Positions 26,541 to 40,670 of a stretch of DNA of 64,000 nt are shown in pieces. A program made the translations under genes and the position numbers. Positions within the stretch are counted from its first letter, which is position 1; every line of letters begins with the position of its first letter. The notes under the pieces are model-generated. The model did no database searches. It saw only the letters and a program-made list of their open reading frames with translations, and was not told the DNA's origin. The stretch spans positions 30,504,001-30,568,000 of the forward strand of contig OX597831.1 in assembly GCA_951406725.2 (NCBI GenBank), given 5' to 3'. The stretch comes from Octopus vulgaris. Lineage: Eukaryota.

Positions 26541-27266
26541 ATTGTCTTTGCACAGCTTCTAAAGTTGGACATGTACAACGGTGCCAGCTGTTCTCTACTA
26601 GTGAACTAAAGTAACACCCCTTATTTTTCGAGCACCATCCGGAGTATTCGACCAGTTCCAAGCAGTGCTGTTTTCTGATAGTGCTCCAAACTTATTGCAG
26701 CCCCTATTTGTTCCATGTACTTCTCAAGATTTTTACTCACTGTTCGCAGGACTCCGACAATTATTGTTACTACTACCACCTTTTTCAGTGACCACAACTG
26801 CTTAACCTCCCAAGTTAACATGTCATATATATCGACTTTTCTTTCGTCCTTATCGCATACCTTGTCAGCTGGCCATGCTATATCTATGGTCCAACATAGT
26901 TTACTTTCTTTATCAATTAACACTATATCTAGTTTCTTATTCTCCATCTCATGGCCGCACTTCGGGTTTATATTCGAACAACTTTTTTGTTCTGTCAAGT
27001 CCATACTTGTTGCAAAGTGTCCAATGGACGATCCTTACTATATTGTCATGGCATCTCTTATATTCATTCTGGACTAGTGGCGTACATTGACTGGTAATAT
27101 GCCAAACAGTTTCACCATTCTGTCCACAAATTCTCCACTTATCACTTTCTGATGTGTTGTCTATTCTATATTTGATGAAATTGGTTCTTAATGCTTGCTC
27201 TTGGGCAGCAGAGATTAGAACCTCTGTTTCCGGTTTTAAATCACTTTTAGTCATCCACAGACATCC
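26541..27266 (-). mobile_element. 5'-truncated R4/Dong-type RLE non-LTR retrotransposon fragment
   Basis: ORF 26949-27254: AAQEQALRT ... RICGQNGETVWHITSQC ... HDNIVRIVHW (CCHC knuckle). ORF 26621-27004: DIVLIDK ... IDIAWP ... IIVGVL ... QKTALLGTGRILR (RLE domain). Bounded by (AAT)n and (AAT/GAT)n. Confidence 0.9.
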
Positions 27267-27279
27267 TTATTATTATTAC

Positions 27280-27364
<85 letters not shown>
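27267..27364. repeat. (TAT)n microsatellite
   Basis: Directly visible. Confidence 0.97.
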
Positions 27365-27366
<2 letters not shown>

Positions 27367-29269
27367 AGCTATACAGTCTTACCCAATCTTAATAGTTTCC
27401 TGATTTGGCACTTTCCATTCTGGTTCGCTTGCGTAGCTTTCACTTATATGTGAACATGGGAATTAGATGGATGACATAAGCAGTGATGGCCTCATAGTTT
27501 ATTTCTTGTAGTAAAAGTTTAATGCAAGTTTGTCCAGAACTTCATGAAACTACATGAACTTACTAAAATGCTTTTACACTTTAATCAGCCTCTGTTTTCT
27601 CATTCCCATGTGAGAACATATAACTATACATACAGACAACCCTCTCTCTCTCTCTCTCTCTCTTGCTATCTATATATAGATTAAGAGGAGAAATATAATA
27701 TCCTGGCAGGTACCGAAATTCTCTATGTAAAATGCAAAGGCTGGTTCCTTCACATGGTGTGTTTTATGGTATATTTTCTTTAACTCCCATCCAATGTTAG
27801 TTTTTTTTTCTTGGCTACTTAGAGTGTAAAGTACAATATTGATAAAACGGAGAATGGAGAATTTGAACATTCAAACTTTATGCTTATATACAGTCGGTTT
27901 ATTGTCGGACGATTGTTATGAATAAACCATCAATATATTTTTGAATGTGCAAATTCTTCATTCTCCTTATTATCAATGAGTATGTGTGCACGCGTGAGTG
28001 CGTGTGTGTGTCTTTGTGTATGTGTGTATGCATATATGAACATGTGTGGAGGTAGGAACATTAAGCCACTGATATAGACTATTTTCTACTCTGGGCACAA
28101 AGCCTGAAATTTTGGGGGAGAGGGCCAGTCGATTACATAGACCCCAGTACTCACCTGGTACTTAATTTGATGACTAACATAGATTCATAACTATAATCAC
28201 TACGCATTCATAAACACACATACGTATGCATTATCATATATGTAAATGTTTTATAGCTCCGTTAATTAATTAACGTTTATTCACCAATCGGACGTTACTT
28301 AGGTGGTTTTACTACTGAAAGACTTTTGAAAACTATACGATTTATTCTTCCCATTTACGTAAGTCTAGGGACAATCATGTGTTTGAACACGTAGGCGCAT
28401 ATTCACTTTATTTCGTGGTGCATTGTGCAAAATAAAATGCATTCTGTTGAGGAATTAAATTGGCAGGATGGTTTATTTTGAAGGAAATGAATCTTGATAT
28501 TAACTTCGCATAGTTAGTCTGCCCTCCATTCTAATGCCATCTCTTTCATAAGAATATATGTCTATAAGTAATTGCATTTGTTAAGAAATGATTGCTAAGT
28601 GGGCAGTTCTGAATTGCATCCGTGTCTATAGTTGACACTATGTAATTTGCTCATCAAGGTGCTATGGAAATCTTTTGTGCAGCTACAGCTGACTTTGACG
28701 TTATTCTCGTTAAATGACTTACGCTCAGATGCAAATTGCCACCTAATTAACGATGAGAAATTCCCATCAGCATTACATATTACGTGTTACTGTGAAACGG
28801 ATTGAAAAAACATGGTATTTTGAACATTTTGTTTGCTATACTGAAAACCGTACTTAGGTGAAGTGTTAATTTTTGCTCTGAGTCGAAATTCCATAGCGAT
28901 AAACTTTGTCTTAACCCTGTTACAGTGGAAAGCAGATATATTCGCTAAAAATTTCATCACCCTTTGCAGCGGAAAGCAGTTTTATATACCAATCTATCAG
29001 TTATTTTAATCTTATATTTTTTCTCCTTTTGTTGAGATATGTCAAGTTTATTGAGGTAAAGTGATTTGCAGAAAATGTCAAGTCTATTTGTTGGTAGATA
29101 CTTATCAACATTACTAGAACAGCCATGAAATTTAATTTCGCTGCGAAGAGTTAACATGGATGAGTACGACAAATAGAATTAAAACATAATGTGTTTATTT
29201 CAATAAATTTACAACAGCAGTATATATATGACGGCTATACATGCTTATATAATGTTATAGTATATTTTA

Positions 29270-29890
29270 TGGCTGTGTGGTAAGAAGTTTTCTTTCCAGC
29301 CAAATGGTTCCGAGTTCAGTCCTACTGCGTGGCACCTTGGGCAAGTGTCTTCTACTATAGCCTCGGGCTAACCAAAGCCCTGGGACTGGATTTGGTTGTG
29401 GGAAACTGAAAAAAGCCCGTCGTATACATACATGTATATATGTGTGTGTATCTGTGTGTGTGTAATAAGGAGTAAATATTCAGAAATGAAAATTCATATA
29501 GATATTAGTTTTGTTATTATTATCTGCGGTAAATATAAATAGCTGCTAATAACAACTACAATAATGTAGGTGTTTGCAAGACTTAATTAATATTAGATAG
29601 CTATAGAATTACCTTCTCTTTCTAGTAGGCAGGCGCCTGTGGGCTCTTATGATATACATATATGTGTGTGTGTGTGTGTGTGTGCGTGTGTTTGTCCCGC
29701 CACCATCGCTTGACAGTCGATGATGGCATATTTATATCGCCGTGACATAGCGGCTCGGCAAAAGAAAACGATAAAATAAGTACCACATAGAATAAGTTCT
29801 GGGGTCGATTTCTTCGACTAAAACCCTTTGAGGTGCTGCTCTAACATGGCTGCAGTTAAATGACTGAAGCAACTAAAAGAATGAAAGAAT
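29270..29890 (+). mobile_element. SINE family B, interrupted by ~190 bp inside its microsatellite
   Basis: Head at 29270-29462, 3' half at 29655-29890, unrelated sequence in between. Confidence 0.8.
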
Positions 29891-30033
29891 ATATGTATAT
29901 TTAAATATGTGTGTTTATGTACATGTAGTCATTAATAACTCTAGAGATGTTGAGAGAGTATCACCTGGTGTAACAGGCTTTGTAGACATACACGCACACA
30001 TTCTCTTATATACATATACATATACTTTCATAC

Positions 30034-30608
30034 TTTGGGGAGGAGGCAGTCGATTAGATAGACCCCAGTACGCAACTGGTACTTAATTAATCGACCTCCA
30101 AAGGATGAAGGGCAAAGTCGACCTCGGCGGAATTTGAACTCAGAACGTAGCGGCAGACTAAATACCGCTAAGCATGTCGCCCAGCATGCTAACGTTTCTT
30201 ATTTCTTTACTGCCTACAAGGGGACAAGCTAGGGGACACACAGAGAGGACAAGCAAGGACAGACAAACGGATTAAGTCGATTACATCGACCCCAGTGCGT
30301 AACTGGTACTTATTTAATCGACCCCAAAAGGATGAAAAGCAAAGTAGACCTCGGCGGATTTTGAACTCAGAACGTAGCGGCAGACGAAATACCTATTTCT
30401 TTACTACCCTCAAGGGGCTAAACATAGAGTGGGCAAACAAGGACAACCAAAGGGATTAAGTCGATTACATCGATCCCAGTGCGTAACTGGTACTTAATTT
30501 ATCGACCCCGAAAGGATGAAAGGCAAAGTAGACCTCGGCGGAAGTTGAACTCAGAACGTAACGGCATACGAAATACCTGGCGTGCTAACGTTTCTGACAG
30601 CTCACCAC
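30034..30608 (-). mobile_element. SINE family C tandem trimer
   Basis: gaactcagaacgta occurs three times (about 30135, 30363, 30547). Confidence 0.9.
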
Positions 30609-31301
30609 CAGAATTGCAGAATAATCGAATAAACGCTTGAAACTGATTGGCCAGGGCAAATGCCTTTCAAAATACCGGGAACCCGTTGAAGGAAAAGTGA
30701 TTTACCGTAACAGAAAATTATATAAATTGACGCCAGTCAAAATGGAGATAACATTTAAAAATATAAAAAGTGAAACCGTGTATACATGTTGAAACGGGCA
30801 TATATAATATAGAGAATGAGAACGACATTATCAGAAGTAAATTACTGTATTCGCTAAAAATTGGAATTAAAATGAAAATTAAAATTGGAAATTATAAATG
30901 ATACAAATTTTCTCGCATTAATTCAAAACTTTTTAATCATAGTTTCTATTTATATTCTAATTTTTATTATTTGGACCATTATATTTCTGGAAAGGTTTTT
31001 CTCATTCTCTCAATTTTTTTTATGAAAATCAATTGCCATGCCCTGTCAGCTTGATTCGATGAATTGGTAGTGATGGATGATTGCAAATACAAATAAATAC
31101 ATATAACTATTTATAAACTATTGCTTTGTTCTAAATATTTAATGATAATCGATGAAACCCAAGGTAACAGTTTATGAAGCTTCAATAAACTACTACATAT
31201 GTTTTAGTTATGTTTATTTGCTTTTTATCTAAAATACTAACGCGATCATATTGCGTAAAGCTACTCATTTATCCGACCCAATGTTTATATATCTATGAAT
31301 A

Positions 31302-31403
31302 GGCGTAGGAGTGGCTGTGTGGTAAGTAGCTTGCTTACGAACCACATGGTTCCGGGTTCAGTCCCACTGGATTCGGTAGACGGAAACTGAAAGAAGCCTG
31401 TCG

Positions 31404-31445
<42 letters not shown>

Positions 31446-31677
31446 CGTGTGTGTGTGTGTGTGTGTTTGTGTGTGTCCCCCCAACATCGCTTGACAACCG
31501 ATGATGGCGTGTTTACGTGCCCCTAATTTAGCGGTTCGGCAAAAGAGACCGATAGAATGAGTACTAGGCTTACAAAGAATATGTCCTGGGGTCGATTTGC
31601 TCGACTAAAGGCGGTGCTCCAGCATGGCCACAGTCACATGACTGAAACAAGTAAAAGAGAGTAAAGAGTAAAGAGTA
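31302..31677 (+). mobile_element. SINE family B with internal deletion
   Basis: ggcgtaggagtggctgtgtggtaag ... gtcccactg|gattcggtaga, lacking the CORE-like block. Confidence 0.88.
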
Positions 31678-32282
31678 TCCTCACACATAACACCGTTATA
31701 ACATGTTTGGAATGACTCCATACCCTCTTGTAGCCATTGATTATTATAACTATTGGTTATTTCACTAAGGATGATGCATATCAGTAACTGATCGAGAAGC
31801 ATGCACTGCTCGTCCCTTTACCTTCTGAGTTAATTTGACCTCTGAGGTCAAATTTACTTTTCATTGTTCCGGGCTCGATAAAACTGAGTACTAGTTACGT
31901 ATCGGAGTTGATCTAATTGACTAACACCTTCGATTTAAGTCTGTAGTCTTCTAGTTTTGCTCGAGATAATTGTTGCTGTTGCTATTGTTACTTAGGTATA
32001 TGCATAAGTGCATGTATAAGCGGATACATATATGGACACAACACACATATATATTGATACATATAGGGGAAAGTCAGAAGAAAAATATACGAAAATGCAC
32101 GCTGGAAATCAAAAAACGTAAAGGTCTTTTATGAAAAGTAAAGATAGATATATAGAATTCGATGAACAGAGATTGGAATAAAAGTAATTGTTAAAGAGAT
32201 TTAAAAGCATACCGGTTTCGTAAATTTACTAATCATTGCTTTAAATGCACACCCATACAGATACATATATATACACATATAT

Positions 32283-32336
<54 letters not shown>

Positions 32337-32867
32337 ACACATATATACAAACATCTGTGTGTATGTATATATATATATATATACACACAAATATATATGA
32401 ATGTTTATGTGCATAAGTATACATACACGCGCGTGTGTGTGATAAGGTGGGGAGAGTCCATCACCCTTAGAAGTTTTCCTTGGAATGAGATGGGGATTAA
32501 AGCAAAGGATTGCTCTCTTGTCATTGTTGTTGTCGTAATCGTAGAGTTACTTTTCTTCCTTCTGATTTTCGATTTATTTATTTGCCGAAGGAGATGTAAG
32601 AAAATATTTTCATCGTGGAATGGAAATCTTTTGTAAGAGCAAAGACAAATGGTTCTTCTGTATGATATATTTTTAATGTTGCTTTTGATTGCAGTATACA
32701 GCCTTATTGTTTCCCGCCTTGTTACAATCTCATTCTATCTGTATCTATTGTATTCTTTGTTTTATCTCACAAAATACCTCTTCTGTCTTATTCTTTTACT
32801 CCGTATCTCATTTCTTTAAACAGTTTCTTCTCTCCATAACACAGTCTCTCTGTTTCTCTCCGTCACT

Positions 32868-32949
32868 CTCTCTCTCTCTCTATCTGTCTATCTATCTGTC
32901 TATCCATTTATCTATCTATCTATCTATCATTTATCTATCTATCTATCAT

Positions 32950-33019
<70 letters not shown>

Positions 33020-33043
33020 GTCTGCATATCTATCTGTCTATCT
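32868..33043. repeat. (CT)n/(TATC)n microsatellite within a pyrimidine-rich block (about 32690-33800)
   Basis: Directly visible. Confidence 0.9.
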
Positions 33044-34734
33044 CTGGTCACCAATTCCTATCTTCACTTGATTCTATATTCTTCCCAACTCCTCTTCTTT
33101 CTGTGTAGCCATATCTGCTCTCAACCCTCCAACCTTCCTCTCATTGTTCTTTCAGCTCTGTTTCTTTAGAATTTTCTCTACTCTTACACTTCTCGCTCCC
33201 CCCTCTCTCTCTCTCTCATGCTTTCCCCTCTAACCCTACGTCAATTTCATTTCTTCGCACTATCTCAGATCCCTCTGACTCTCCTCATCTCCCTACCTCT
33301 CTTGTCTCCAACTCTCCGTCCACATTTTTCACACTTCTGTCTCCTCACATCTCTCTATCTCTCTCCTCTTTTTCTCTGCGGCTCTCTTTATCTCTTCTCT
33401 CTAACTCCCTAACCATTTTCACCAACACCTTAGTCCAGGAAACTCTGCTTCTCACGTTTACTCTCTCTCTCTCTCACCACTCTGCATGTCCCGAACTCCT
33501 TCCTTCCATCCCTCAAAACTCATCCACCATAATATTTATTTTCCCTCCGAAATATTTATCTCCCATCTTCGTAAACCATTATTCTCCGGTTATAACAGTA
33601 AAATAACGAACTCACCACCTTCTTTTCAAAATCTCAATGCTTCCTCAATCACTTCTCCCCAACTCTCTACCTTTCTTCTCATTAGCTTTCTTCTTTCAAA
33701 TCTATTTCTCTATCTCCCCGTAACTCTTTGTATCTCTACATTTTACTCCATCCCACCTCACACCGCACCAAACATTCACCCATTCATTATGATTTATTTT
33801 CTCTTCATAAAAACGAAAAGTTTATAATGATAGCGATCGTTATGTATTTGTTTTGTTTTGTGTGTTTGTGTGTGTGTTTTTTTTTTGCCCCGTGTATTCA
33901 TTTATTTATTTATTTATTTATTTATTTATTCATTAATTTATTCAATTACTGTTTCTTTAAACATTCTTTTGATATCGCTGTAATTATGAAATAGATGTAC
34001 GTAGTGTACTTGTGAAGAAGAAAAAAGGAAAGAATGAAACGAGAGGTGAGGAGGTGGCTTGAAAGGGGAGAGAGAGGATGGGGGGGAGAGAATTAGTGAG
34101 AGGGACCAATCAGAGAGAGGGAGAAGTAAGATGTATGCGAGTGGGGAGCAGTAAGAGGACGTAAGAGAAGAAAATGTGGAGTAAGAAAAGGGGGAGAGAA
34201 GTGGAAGACACGAAACGTGTGAGTTAGGGAAGATGCGGCGGGTAGTTGAAGATGAAGGGAAATGAGAGATATATTAGGAGATGAAAAAATATTGAAAAGG
34301 AATCCGGAACAACATGATTACGAACTCCAGTGTAGGAATTGAGAATTTCGCCACCTGTTTTTACATATAAAGCTATACTCACTCCCACCACACACACAAA
34401 CACACAAACACACACACACTTACATTCATGCATGCATGCATACATACACATATAAATACATGCATCAAACTTACACACAAATTTATAAATAAATACAAGA
34501 GTTTGCCTTTATCTTTCCTTCTCCATACAACCATACATCCGAAACTTATGTGGAGAAAAATAGGCCTCATATGACGATATCGCAATCTGAGAATATTGCC
34601 GCACACTTAAATATTAAATGACAGTCGGTACTTCCCGCTTGTAAAAACACAATCTTCTCAGTGCATATGCATTGCCAGAAGTGATACCGTTAATTGGGTA
34701 ACGAAAGAAGTAGCATATATTGATATTTTGTTGG

Positions 34735-34842
34735 CAGGATCTTGCAGAATTGTAATATATATTTCATATACATTGCATAATGTCGTGGCCTTGCTGTTTT
34801 GTAATATATATTTCATATATATTGCAAAATAGCAGCATCCTG
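34735..34842 (+). other. Duplicated hairpin; second copy has a 20-bp mismatch-free stem
   Basis: 34791-34810 pairs with 34816-34835 (17 WC + 3 G-U); 28-nt core repeated at 34750-34777. Confidence 0.7.
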
Positions 34843-35859
34843 ACCTTATGCGGTTACATCGATAGAAATAGTGTAATGAGAGCTTCTGTAGTAGAAGAAA
34901 ACCAATAGAGAAGAGGCTTAAGATCGCTCTAGACAAGCTTCAAAAATCATAAAGCATCTAAAGAACCAAACACACCTATTAAATGCTTAAATATAAAGAG
35001 AAATTATTTCACTGGTCGGGCGTTTTATTACTGGGCCGGTAATGATACTTTTTTTACCTTTACACTAAGCATTTCAAAATTTATAACTCTCTCAGTAATG
35101 GAACCAAAACAGAAAATATTGAATAATTTGAAATTGTGACTGATACCCCGCTATATATACAAAGAAATTTGTAGACATTAAAAGAGCAAAGTTTAGCTGG
35201 TTTATTGAATTAAAATGATTGTTCATGTGTTATTATCTGTATACAGGCAATATGTTATGCACACAAACTTTGGTTATGCATACAGTGATAATAATGTAAT
35301 ATGTGTAATGTTTCACTTTTTATCAAAGATAAATAACTATTCTACTGTCAACTATGGTGAATGTATTTCAATACGTGTTTGCATATTATTTCGTTATTTG
35401 ATATTAAAAACAAATAAAGACAATTCACGTATATTATTCATAAAGTATATATTCTATAATATAAATATATAACAGCACAAAATGAGACGAACACACATTA
35501 AAATTTTGGAAGAAAACACACATCACACACACACACACACACACAGAGGCACACACACATGCAAACAGACACACACACACACACAAACACACACACATAC
35601 ACACAAAGTATAGTCATTTACTTTATGTCTCTCAAGAAAGAAGACAATTGTACACAATTGCGCACGCTTTATTTTTGTATTTTTCATTGTATTCTGTCTT
35701 TTTTTGTGAGCAGATTTAATTGTGAAGAGCTAAATTCAGTAAAACAATATTACGATTTAAGGTATTTATTTATATAAATTTAATCATTTATTAAACAAAA
35801 GCTAACAATAACACTGACGCGTTCCTTCTGATAATGTCTTTTCTTTCATTTTAGATAAT

Positions 35860-37997
35860 CGATAAATTTGTAACTGAAATAATGGAAGATAATTCTAATT
35901 CAAGTATTGCTGTGCATTGAGATGATCAGAACACTAACAAATGCACAACTTACAATAATACTACCTAATATGTCTTCCCCAGAGCCGCTGATCTTAATAA
36001 AAATTATGCTGTTGCTCGTTTCTCCATTTCCAAAGCAATATAATAGACGATCATTTAAAACATAATTGTCTGATTTTTCACAAAAGGGTTTCAATATTAA
36101 GTTATTAGTGTTGTTGCTTTTTGTTTTTCATGCAGGAATGAATTGTACTGTTGAATCTAGGAGAGAAAGCAGTGTATACATTAAATGGTTATCATGATTG
36201 AAAAGAGGCAAAATCTTTAACAAACAAAGGTTTTCACAGCATAAAGACAGCTCAAGTCATATATCAGTTATGTCTGAGAGGAGAGAATATGGGAATCAGA
36301 TGTTTCTATTCTGCATATATCAGCATTAAAATGAAAAAGAAACTGCCCTTCATAGAAACGTATACTATCTTACATCAATTGTTGAAAATTGTTGAAGTAG
36401 TACAGCTTTGAATATTGAATAGATTGACATTTCGGGAAATTTATGGTGATATTTAAGAAAAAAATGAAGAGCAGTAACTCTTTGAGAATATCTTTTCGTA
36501 TTGTCTGAATAAAATAAAATATAATAAAATAAAATGTCACAAAATAAAGAGCAAACTTTTGTTGAAATTTATCTCGGAATTCCCAAATCGCATCATACTA
36601 TTCTCCGGTAATTCAAAATCAGGTAACTGAAAATTTACAACACATGATTAGCAATAGTGGTATAGTGGATACCAAGACAATTACTTTCTAGGTTTTACAT
36701 ATTACTAAAGTAGAGACAAAGGGTATGCTGAGAATATTTCTAATCTTATTAGTTGTGAAAAAGAGGGTGTCTTTTGGATATGTCACATATTTCACGTATG
36801 TCAAATAGTTGTAATGGTTGCCCGCTCAATTAAAACAGAAACAGATTTCCTGTTATATACAAAGTAAAGAATTTAAAGTGTTTTCAAAATCAAATCGATG
36901 AGTGCACCTTGTGGTAACCAAGATCATCTAAACTGAATACGATGGAATAGGCATAGCTTTAATGAGTGCTAGCAACAACACTCTGAATGGTAACAGTTGC
37001 TGGAGCTAAAAGCTAGTTGTTTACCTAATCTCACATTAAGCTCAAATTTGAAAGAATTCCCGTTAGAATTCTAGGCTTCACTATCTCTACAGATAAGCTA
37101 TACTAATCAAGGGAGGCTAGACTTATTGTAACCATAGAAATATATTTAGCTTTTCATACAGAAAATTAAAATAATCAAGATAAAGGAAAGTCTTTTTAAA
37201 AAATGACAGTAAAAGCTGAAGAAATATTATTTCATCAAAACTTTCTTTCTGTCACTGGAACTAAAAGACCAACACGAATGTGCATGACTAATATTCATTT
37301 ACAGGATGGAATTTTAATAGGAATGGCGAGATTGATGACCGATGGTGAAGCAATTCTTTGATCAAGATTTTAAAAAATTAGTTCGATGAAATGAGTGAAG
37401 AAATGTTGAAGCTGTATACATATTATAATCACCTCTGTCATGCAATTTGGTCTGTTACTTTAGAAAATTTATCTAATCTGAAATCTAGTTTGTCATTGAC
37501 TGAACTTAGAATTAAATTGCGCCACCAGAAAATATAGCTGCAGTAAACAGCTTTTAAAAAGGGAGAAGCCCAGTCATTAGTGGCACATATTCTTGCATCA
37601 CCATTTAAGATAAAGAAGAGGCATTTCAGGATTTATACAAGCTGAAGCCTATTTTTAAAAACTTGCCAGAATGGAGAGGCTTCAGCAATGATCCGTGTTC
37701 AAAAGTAAAAAGAAAGAAAAAGAAAAATAAAAATAAAAAAATACCCGCGAAACGCACTTTTTGAAAATAAAAGAACAGAAAATAGATAAGGTGCTGTTTA
37801 TTAATTTTCTTACCAAAAAAAATCCAACTGGTAATGAGCTGTTTTAATTGTATAACAGAATTTGTTAGATTTATATCTTAAACTTACTGTATAATAAGTA
37901 TACATTTTATAATCTTACAAATATCAAAATATGAATTTCCATTAATACTAACGAAAGGGCCACATATTTCAGGTATAGTAGAATGGCTACGGACCTG
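35860..37997 (+). pseudogene. Decayed hAT transposon with ZMYM1-like transposase (TTF-type zinc finger / DUF4371 / hATC)
   Basis: Ordered fragments across stops and frameshifts: PFPKQYNRRSF, AFCFSCR (36116-36136), NGYHD*K, YYLTSIVE, YSPVIQNQV (36599-36625), YDG (36938-36946), AFQDLYKL (37621-37644), SAMIRV (37682). Right-end-like GGCTACGGACCTG at 37985-37997. Left end not found. Confidence 0.75.
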
Positions 37998-38745
37998 GTT
38001 CTCTACAAAATACCCATGGAACAACTGAAAATAATACACTTTAAACCCTCAAAATGGACCGAAAAACGTTATGCCGGATTTCGGTGGAAGTTTACTATAT
38101 ATATATATATATGTACAGTTTGTACAATAGCTACCCCAAAATATAATATCATTAATGATGGATGGTCGAATTCGACTTGACATACGTAGTTGCTAAAGCA
38201 CTCGTAGGAAAGAATGTTCATGGGTAAATAACTCAGCCAATACAAGATATTATATAACTATTTGAAGAGGTAAAGAAAAGTTATAAACTGTTATAGATGC
38301 AAGTCAATATGAGATTGTCTGAGAAAATGTTTCTGAATAAATCAAAATTGAATATCTGTATATAGAGCTCATTTTCTATGTAGTTTATAGATTTACATTT
38401 ATATTCATAATGGCTGATACATTTGGTTTATAATGCTGAATGCTTATGTGGAAATCTGATAAATCCATGGATTTCTTTAGCAAGACGACAATTAATTAAC
38501 AAGCATTTAGATAATAGAATCTGTAAGCGGAAGAATGTAAATCTGCATGACTTTTCTAGAATTCATCTTATAAATCTTTTCCGGCATTGTTCGAGAAATT
38601 CTAACGATAAAATATATATCTGTTAACAGGATAGCAGAATATTCAATAAAAATGAGGAAGTGATCAAGTGTGCAGCGATAAAACTGATGTATAAATCAAT
38701 ATAGCTTAAAAAAGAAACATTTGAAAAAAAATTATGTATATTGAA

Positions 38746-38780
<35 letters not shown>

Positions 38781-38970
38781 ATCTGTGTCTACTACAAGTA
38801 TGAATTAAGCGTCTATGGCAGTCATTTATACGATACTATCAGACGCGTATATACTTTTATAAACGATTAATTTACAGAAACAATCTTTATGCTCGTAAAA
38901 CATATGAATTATGTATATATACTCATTTCAATACATATAACATGATTTTATTGCCAAGCGTATCATCGTT

Positions 38971-39312
<342 letters not shown>

Positions 39313-39385
39313 CATGCAGCCTGGCTGAATGTTTGCCTAGCTGTCTCTTTGTCTCTCCGTCTACCTATCCATTATATACAGATGG

Positions 39386-39535
39386 AAGGTGGCGAGCTGA
39401 CAGAATCGTTAGCGTGTCTGACAAAGTGTGTTCAAATCACACCGAGTCGACGCTTGTTTTCATCCTTTGGGTTCGATGTAAAAGACTGTAACCCTCTAGC
39501 TAAAACTGAGAGCCATGTGCCAAGATTTGAAACAA
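39386..39535 (+). mobile_element. SINE family C, internally deleted
   Basis: aaggtggcgagctgacagaatcgttagc ... gttcaaatc ... tttcatcctttggg. Confidence 0.65.
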
Positions 39536-39743
39536 TTCTTATTATACATACCTACATGGTGGCTGGTGGTTGTCTACTCCTTATGCAGAGTTTGACCACC
39601 TCTTGTACCTACACCTTTGCACCATCATGGCATCTGATATGGCTTTTTAAACCAGACAATGTTCTGAAAAGACACCCACATAGATTGCACCTCCGCTCTG
39701 GACCACATACATACATGCATACATACATACATACATACTTTTC

Positions 39744-39777
<34 letters not shown>

Positions 39778-40489
39778 TGTATGTATGTATGTATGTATGT
39801 ATGTATGTATGTATGTATCTATTTATCTATCTGTCTCCTCAGCAATAAGTGTTTGCCTTAAGGGTTTAATTGGGGGACTCGTTACAATGTTGGACAGATT
39901 AATCTTCAACCAGGGTTCCAATCCCACCGAGATATTCCTTTCTCTTTTATCATCTCGGGGTCGATAAAAAAAATGTACTAAAGCAGTGCCGTGAATTTGG
40001 GGAATTGTTTCAGGGTCTGAGAAATATACTTGTTCTGGCTCGTATTCTGAGAGCAATGTCTGCAACTAGACTATTGTGAAACTGCAATGACTCGAGCCAG
40101 CTGCATTGCCTTCACATAAACAATTGTAAAGTGGCGAGAGAAGACTGGCATTCATGAGCAACCGGTAATCTTCATCGAAACATCTTTCACATGCATGTAT
40201 CTACTTGTACAGATGTTTGGTTGATATTCACGTCAGTCGCTCTTCAAAGATGTATTTATTTGTTTGCTGAGTGTATGACTTAATGTGGTTGTTTGCGTGG
40301 GGGGTAAAACATTTGTGTGTGTGTATGTGTGTGTGTTGTTTTATAAAGCTATGTGTCTGCATTTTATGTAACTGTCTGTATACGTCTAGATATATAGATA
40401 TTAATTTACATTAATACAGCCCATACCAGGCATAACAAAAGTACGCCAACACATACACACACAGAAACACATGCATATACATACTTTCT

Positions 40490-40670
40490 TCTTTTTTCTT
40501 ATTAGAAGGCGGGCATGCTCAGGCAGCACCGCGTTGAGGAATTTTGGACCAACAAATCGACTTTAATGCTGATATTTATTCTATCGGTTTCTTTTACCGA
40601 ACCGCTAACTTACAGGGGTGTAATTAGACCAACACTGCTTGACAAGCAGTGTGGAACAAGTATAGAAACA
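40490..40670 (-). mobile_element. SINE family B, 3' part, degraded
   Basis: gcaccgc ... aaatcgac ... ttctatcggt ... cgaaccgctaa. Confidence 0.6.

Noticed and set aside
30034-30608. Regularly spaced repeats as a CRISPR-like array
   Set aside because: Whole units are repeated with no unique spacers; these are SINE multimers in a eukaryote.
35005-35045. GC-rich patch as the left TIR of the hAT fossil
   Set aside because: No match to CAGGTCCGTAGCC and no 8-bp TSD identifiable.
40215-40235. TGATATTCACG, recalling the 3' part of miR-1993
   Set aside because: The seed region does not match; an 11-nt coincidence, compared from memory only.
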